Below, one piece after another: positions 58,761 through 64,000 of a DNA stretch of 64,000 bases. Every line of letters starts with the position of its first letter. The first letter of the stretch is position 1. The notes below the pieces were generated by a model. That model did not search any database, was not told where the DNA came from, and was given only the letters and a program-made list of their open reading frames with translations. This DNA is from Orbicella franksi (Eukaryota), in assembly GCA_964199315.1 (NCBI GenBank), contig OZ116699.1, positions 31,806,001 through 31,870,000 of the forward strand, given 5' to 3'. A program made the position numbers and the translations under genes.

Positions 58761-61700
58761 TTACTCTACTTCGTTTATCCACGTGAATTCCCCGTAGTCA
58801 ATTTCTCCGTCACCATCCTCGTCCAAAATGTCAATTAACTTAGTCAGCTGATCATCGTCCATGGGAACTCCGATGCCCTTCAACCCCTGCCGGAACTCGT
58901 CCCTGGTTACTGACAAGCTATGATCCTTGTCAAACTGGTTAAACAGGTCAACCAACCGGTAATTCTTGTCCTCGACGTATTTCTTGAGAATGTAGATTAA
59001 GTCAGTTTTCTTGTTGTTGCCGTAAAGTTCATTGAGTTCGTCTTCTAGTTTTCCAGACCGTTTGCTCACAGTGCAGGCGATAGTAAGCCCCGGATGTTGA
59101 CCCAGAAGGAACTCCACGAGGGCTTGAGTCTCTAAATTGATTACCACGCTATTGAGCAGGATCTTTTCTAGTGCTGAGTCGACGTTGTTTTTCATGGCGG
59201 AGAGGAGGTTAAATGCACCGGCATTTTGGAGAGGGTTCATTCCAATCCTGCAGTTAAGAAGAAAATCGTTAGGAGATTACTTCAAAACCATAAATGTAAT
59301 TTCAACATCGTGGGGTGTTAAAAGTTAAGTTGGAACCAGGAGTGCCTTTCTGGCCGGCCTGATTGCACATAAGGTTATTCATCAGATAAATACACCTGCA
59401 ATGTACCATGGAACCTGTAGTGTACCATGGGCAATTTAAATGGCATCAACAAGATTCTACATATGAGATTTGTAGATTTGATTAAGCTAGCAGAATAAAT
59501 TTTTGCTGGAAGTTTTTTTTTTTTTTGCGGATCGTGGAAAAACCGCAAGTTCGCAAAAATTAGAAACCTCAAAAATTTAGTGCCAAACAGTATCCAGAGT
59601 TTAACTGTTAACCAAAAGAGTTACTCGTCACGGAATCAACTGCATTTTTTGTCTTATTATATATACTAGACTGCTCAACTTCTGAAGAACAAAGGAAAAC
59701 ACGTTTCGCCTTGTTTCTATTTCATGATACCTTTTAACAGAAATTATACTTCTGGAAAGTTCTTGTATTGTAATCATGACCCATGCTTTCATCGTTCTTT
59801 TTTACAAACCTTAATATTTTTAAAGTGTTGTTGATTTGAAGTCCCTTGCTGAGCGCCAGTGCTCCTTCAGTAGAAATCCTGTTGTTGCTTAAATCCAAAT
59901 CAATTAACGTGTTGTTTTCTCTGAGAGATTCTCCAACCGCTGCGGCGCCTTCATCAGCGAACCCATTCCAAGACAAGTCCAGCGTCTGCAGGCTGCAGTT
60001 AGCACGCAGCCCTTTTCCGATAGCAATCCCGCCCTTGCCTCGAAGATGGTTCCAGCTAAGGTTAAGGTATTCTAGTCCACCATTGGCATCAATGGCGGGA
60101 CCTAAAGTAGAATTATGATTTTAGATTTATTGCAGGATGTAACGTAATCCCTTTTTTGTGATGGACTGAATTTTAACACTTGTTCTGAGAAAAAGAATGT
60201 AGTACCACATTTGGGTATAGAGCGTATTCACTCACGTGTCCAGCAGCCATACAAATTTACTGGAACAAAAGAAAGTGATTACATACATAAGAAAAGAGTT
60301 GAACTCCCACAGAATTGGTTTGTTACACCAACATGGCCGCCGTTTCATTTTTCTGGAACACTAATATGGCTGCCATGACGTCATGTGCATACGCTCCATA
60401 GTCTGTAAATATGGGTTATTGACCAAGTGTGAGGTCAAGATGGCTGGATATTGGTCAAGTTCTTTTTTTGCGAGTTTATGGACCGAGACGTGGTCGAGGT
60501 CCATAAACTCGCGAAAAAAGAACTTGACCAATATCCAGCCATCTTGACCGAACAAGCTTGGTCAAGAAAGGATTTATTATATGGCTTTCGGGGAAATTTT
60601 TCTTGCGGGACGCGGTGGGTAGTCCCGAGCGGGCAAGATAGCTCCATCTGGCCCACTCGGGTAGCCAATCACAGCGCAGGATTTGATTCATCTTGCCCGC
60701 TCACGGAGCTAGCCATATAATAATGATGCTAAATATTACTGGGACTAAACATTTTGCAGACCCGTTTATTTTGTATAACCATGATAACCAGTAACACAAA
60801 AACGGCCGATTCAAGGCTTGACGGGTTTATGATAAAACACAATTCACCAGCTGTAACTCACCAAATAATACCCCTGCATCCTCAGCGAACTCATTATGGC
60901 TTAAGTCAAGCCATGTCAGCGTTTGGTTGACACGTATTCCTTCCGCCAGACAGGCAGCATCTTTGTCCTTGAAATCGTTCCATGATAGGTTGAGAGTCTT
61001 AATGGTGTTATTGTCCGTGAGCACTTCTGCGATAGCCTGGGCACCAGGGCTTTTGATCTTATTTTGACCAAGATCCAACTCAGTGATGTAAAAGTTTTCC
61101 TTCAGCAGTCTGGCGATAAATTCACTGCCTTCGGGGCCTGAATGAGACAATTCAACGACAAAAAAATAAATAAAATAAAGTAATATGTCAGGGAGACGAA
61201 AACTTAGTGTTCCCAATCCCTTAAATTAGTTTAAATAAAGTCATTTATACATCCATACATTCAACGGACAATACAAAAGTACCGAATCTTCCAAGGTAGA
61301 TTGAGTTAGAAGCTTCAGTGAAAACTGACCGTAAATGGAGTATGTATTTTACAATTTTTCATCAGGCACGGTTTGATTTCTTCTGGAAACTAAATGCCAG
61401 ATAGAAATGTTTTTCCTGAAATTATATCATGCTGTTTCCTGAAGAAGTCAGACAGTAACTGGGCAAGTTGAAATTTTTGGAACATATTAAGATTCAAGTT
61501 AACCCCAGCCGTACAGCCAGCCTTTTCTCCTTAGTTGATAAATAAATGAAGTGAGAGGTTTTGATCATTTTGGCATGTATGTTATGTTCTTGATCCATGG
61601 CGAAAGAATGAGGAAGCCTTCAACGTACTGAAACTAGGCGACTTCGTTAAGTCAGGCTTGAAACTTCTTTGTTTTGAACACTCCACGGTGTGAACGTACT

Positions 61701-64000
61701 GGTCGGCTCTACATTTTCTAAAGCAGTAATGTCATCATAACACATGTACAATCCGTTCCGGTTCTTACCTATTGCGCAATCTCGCAAGTTTAGAGTCGTC
61801 GTTGTTGTGTTTCTCATGAGTGCAAATGCGATGGCCTGGGCGCCACTAGGTCCCAGGCCGTGGTGTTTGATGTTTATCTCTTCCCTTGTAATGTGCTCGA
61901 TAACGAAGGAGACTGGGATAATACCAAGCTGGGAACAAGCATCTCGGTAAGCTTTGCGACCTAAAAATTGGAGTAAAATTGGTAATATACTGGCTCTCTT
62001 ATGTTTTAGAATTGGTCTATGCTGACAGTACGTCAAGTTATGGAAGCACGCGAGACTTTGAGAGCAGGAGGGAAGCGTGGGAGTTGATTGAGGGGCTACC
62101 GAGAGCAACTCTAACTTTTCTAGGGCTCTCGAGACGAACGCTTGCACTCAGCATTAGATTGTACGTATTTACTTCCTATGTTATAATGCGATACTTCTAG
62201 AAGATCGTAAACTGAAATTTATGCAAGATTTTTTGTTTGTTTGTTTGTTTTTGTTTTTGTTTTTTGTTGTTGTTTTCTCAAAGTGAGTTGAAATACAGAC
62301 CAGTAAAGGAAATATCCATATTTTTAAATCGTAATCGACTGGATGGGGTTTAAATCATACAGTGTAGCTGAGAATTGGTCAAAATTTTAATTGCCAGCTG
62401 AAAAATGGCAGGCTAATGAAAATGACCTGATAGGCGAGATCTGAGATCTGAAAAATCTACTGATGGCTCAAAAATGGGCTGCAATCTTAACCGATCGCTG
62501 AGAAATCGAAGAAATTTTAATTAATAACTAAGATCCTAACGCCCCGATTCAGACTCTTAGTTTAGCACATCTCGTGTGGCTAAGAAATGAGCCAGTAAGG
62601 TCAGTACATGATTATGACAATAACACTGAAGCAGAAGCCGTGACTTACAGCTGTGAAAATCGTTTTCGCTGTTTCATTGTTTAATCATGTCCCAGCTAGA
62701 TGTTTATTCCAAAACTAAAATAATTTATTTTACCTGTAGGATCATATTCCTCTCGAGGTTCTTCAAACTCCAGATCTGTATCGTAGTCGCTATCTTCAAC
62801 GAGCTCTCCGTCAGAACGCAGCTCATCCTTAGATGTGTCTTCAGCTGGGTTGGGCACTGGGGTCAACTTGCTTTTGCCTGTGCCTGCTCTCTTGGATCTT
62901 GCTGTTAACAAGAAGAACAAAACAAAGAGATCAGTGGATAACGTTAGAATACATCGAGAAAGGACAGCCTTCTACTAAAAGATATAGAAGAATTTAAAGA
63001 AAGATCTGCATCACAAATAGCAATTGTCTTATTACTTAATTCTGCGGCAAAAATACTATTTTGTTACGAAGCAACCGTGATGTTACACATTACACGAACC
63101 CACATTCACAGCTTCTTACTAAAAGTTTTGTAAAAAAAAGTATAACTATAATAAAAGGAAAAACTATAACTATATGCAGAATTTTGACCTTATATACTCA
63201 TCTAAACTGACAGCACACACTTTCTTTTTGTTGTGTACTCTGTTTCCACAATTGAGTACACACATGTAACATAGAATTTATGACATCATATCGATGCACC
63301 GATACAAAGTCAAGATTAAGATGTCAAAAAAACTGTGAGGACTAAATCAAAGACTTAGCAGCCAAGTTGATCGGTACAAAAAGATGAGGTTCAAAACGTG
63401 AATGTCCGCCGTATGTACGGTATGCAAATCCTGCGTGGCGCCGTGACTGGTCGATAACTTGTTACCGATCGAAACCGACCTTGATCTCCTAAAAAAGAAC
63501 AGGCATGCGTGTATTACCTTTTATACCATGCCATAGAAAATGCAACCAATCAGAATACAGGAAAGCCGTTGTACAATCGACGGTATTACAACCAACCTTC
63601 CTATCGTACGCCACGCGTATGTCGCAATGATTCGGTTGGCCACTGTATTTTCTAAGGCGTGGTATAAAATAGTTATGCAACGCATACCATGGAATATCCC
63701 ACATGTCATTAATATTTGTATTTTCATGGTATACACACTCGCCTTAAGGCCCGAGTGTACAATGTATATCGAGAAAATACAAGTGCAGTAGGATATTCCA
63801 TGGCATACCTCTCAAAAGCGTTACATAATTAATATGTACATCAAGTCGTTTTTTTCTTAATAATAGAATCATACATTTTCCTGTTTTGGTCTACGATGTA
63901 TCATAACACGGCGATATTAAAGTTTACTATACTACTCACCACTTGAATTTCGGCTTCTTCCACTTCGCTGACGACTTTTAGAGTCTCCTTCGGTGATAAT
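58761..64000 (-). CDS. LRRC74-like protein: RNI-like LRRs plus C-terminal EF-hand pair; 5' end beyond window
   Basis: Phase-consistent exons 63940-64000 (truncated), 62734-62901 (acidic EDSDYDTDLE), 61769-61960 (KAYRDACSQLGIIPVS...HHGLGPSGAQAIA), 60862-61137, 59810-60101 and 58761-59247. Repeated LxxLxLSxN units; EF loops DKDHSLSVTRDE and DEDGDGEIDYGE. Confidence 0.9.
60216..60400. mobile_element. MITE with TA flanks in LRR-gene intron
   Basis: Inverted ends tatagagcgtattcac / gtgcatacgctccata; internal ccaacatggccgcc. Confidence 0.65.
60410..60722. mobile_element. MITE-like repeat with large internal hairpin
   Basis: ggtcaagatggctggatattggtcaagttctttttttgcgagtttatggacc ... ggtccataaactcgcgaaaaaagaacttgaccaatatccagccatcttgacc (near-perfect arms of about 52 bp). 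Accounts for the cluster of overlapping spurious ORFs here. Confidence 0.75.
63495..63810. repeat. Interspersed repeat with internal inverted segments
   Basis: ttataccatgccatagaaaatgca / tgtattttctaaggcgtggtataa and ataccatggaatatcc / ggatattccatggcat. Confidence 0.55.

Noticed and set aside
60361-60720. Four overlapping ORFs on both strands
   Set aside because: They arise from the palindromic MITE-like repeat inside an intron.

Overview
AT-rich eukaryotic genomic DNA with spliceosomal introns. The gene content and repeat families point to a cnidarian, probably a stony coral (inference). There are no prokaryotic features and no CRISPR array. I rebuilt exon chains by hand from GT-AG sites and codon phase. 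Genes in order: (1) 11 exons of a PTPN13/FRMPD2-type FERM-domain gene (minus, 1122-6182; both ends unresolved); (2) an intronless rhodopsin-like peptide GPCR (plus, 16596-17648); (3) a 14-exon, 832-aa secreted polyprotease model (minus, 19550-32858) with layout signal peptide - chymotrypsin/elastase-2-like protease - P/T linker - UMOD/GP2 D8C - linker - D8C - linker - trypsin-like protease; (4, 5) two convergent FAM167-like genes, each with a single long coding exon (plus 39914-41401, minus 53215-54819); (6) an LRRC74-like LRR plus EF-hand gene (minus, 58761 to beyond the window end). Introns and intergenic DNA carry tRNA-derived SINEs, LINE fragments, many MITEs and microsatellites, and there is one 139-N assembly gap. 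The most notable item is the protease-D8C-D8C-protease gene with its possible built-in RNA-processing switches: a perfect 41-bp antisense copy of the first D8C exon's splice acceptor, a weak donor with read-through stop and AATAAA, and a SINE tail that appears to serve as a splice acceptor.
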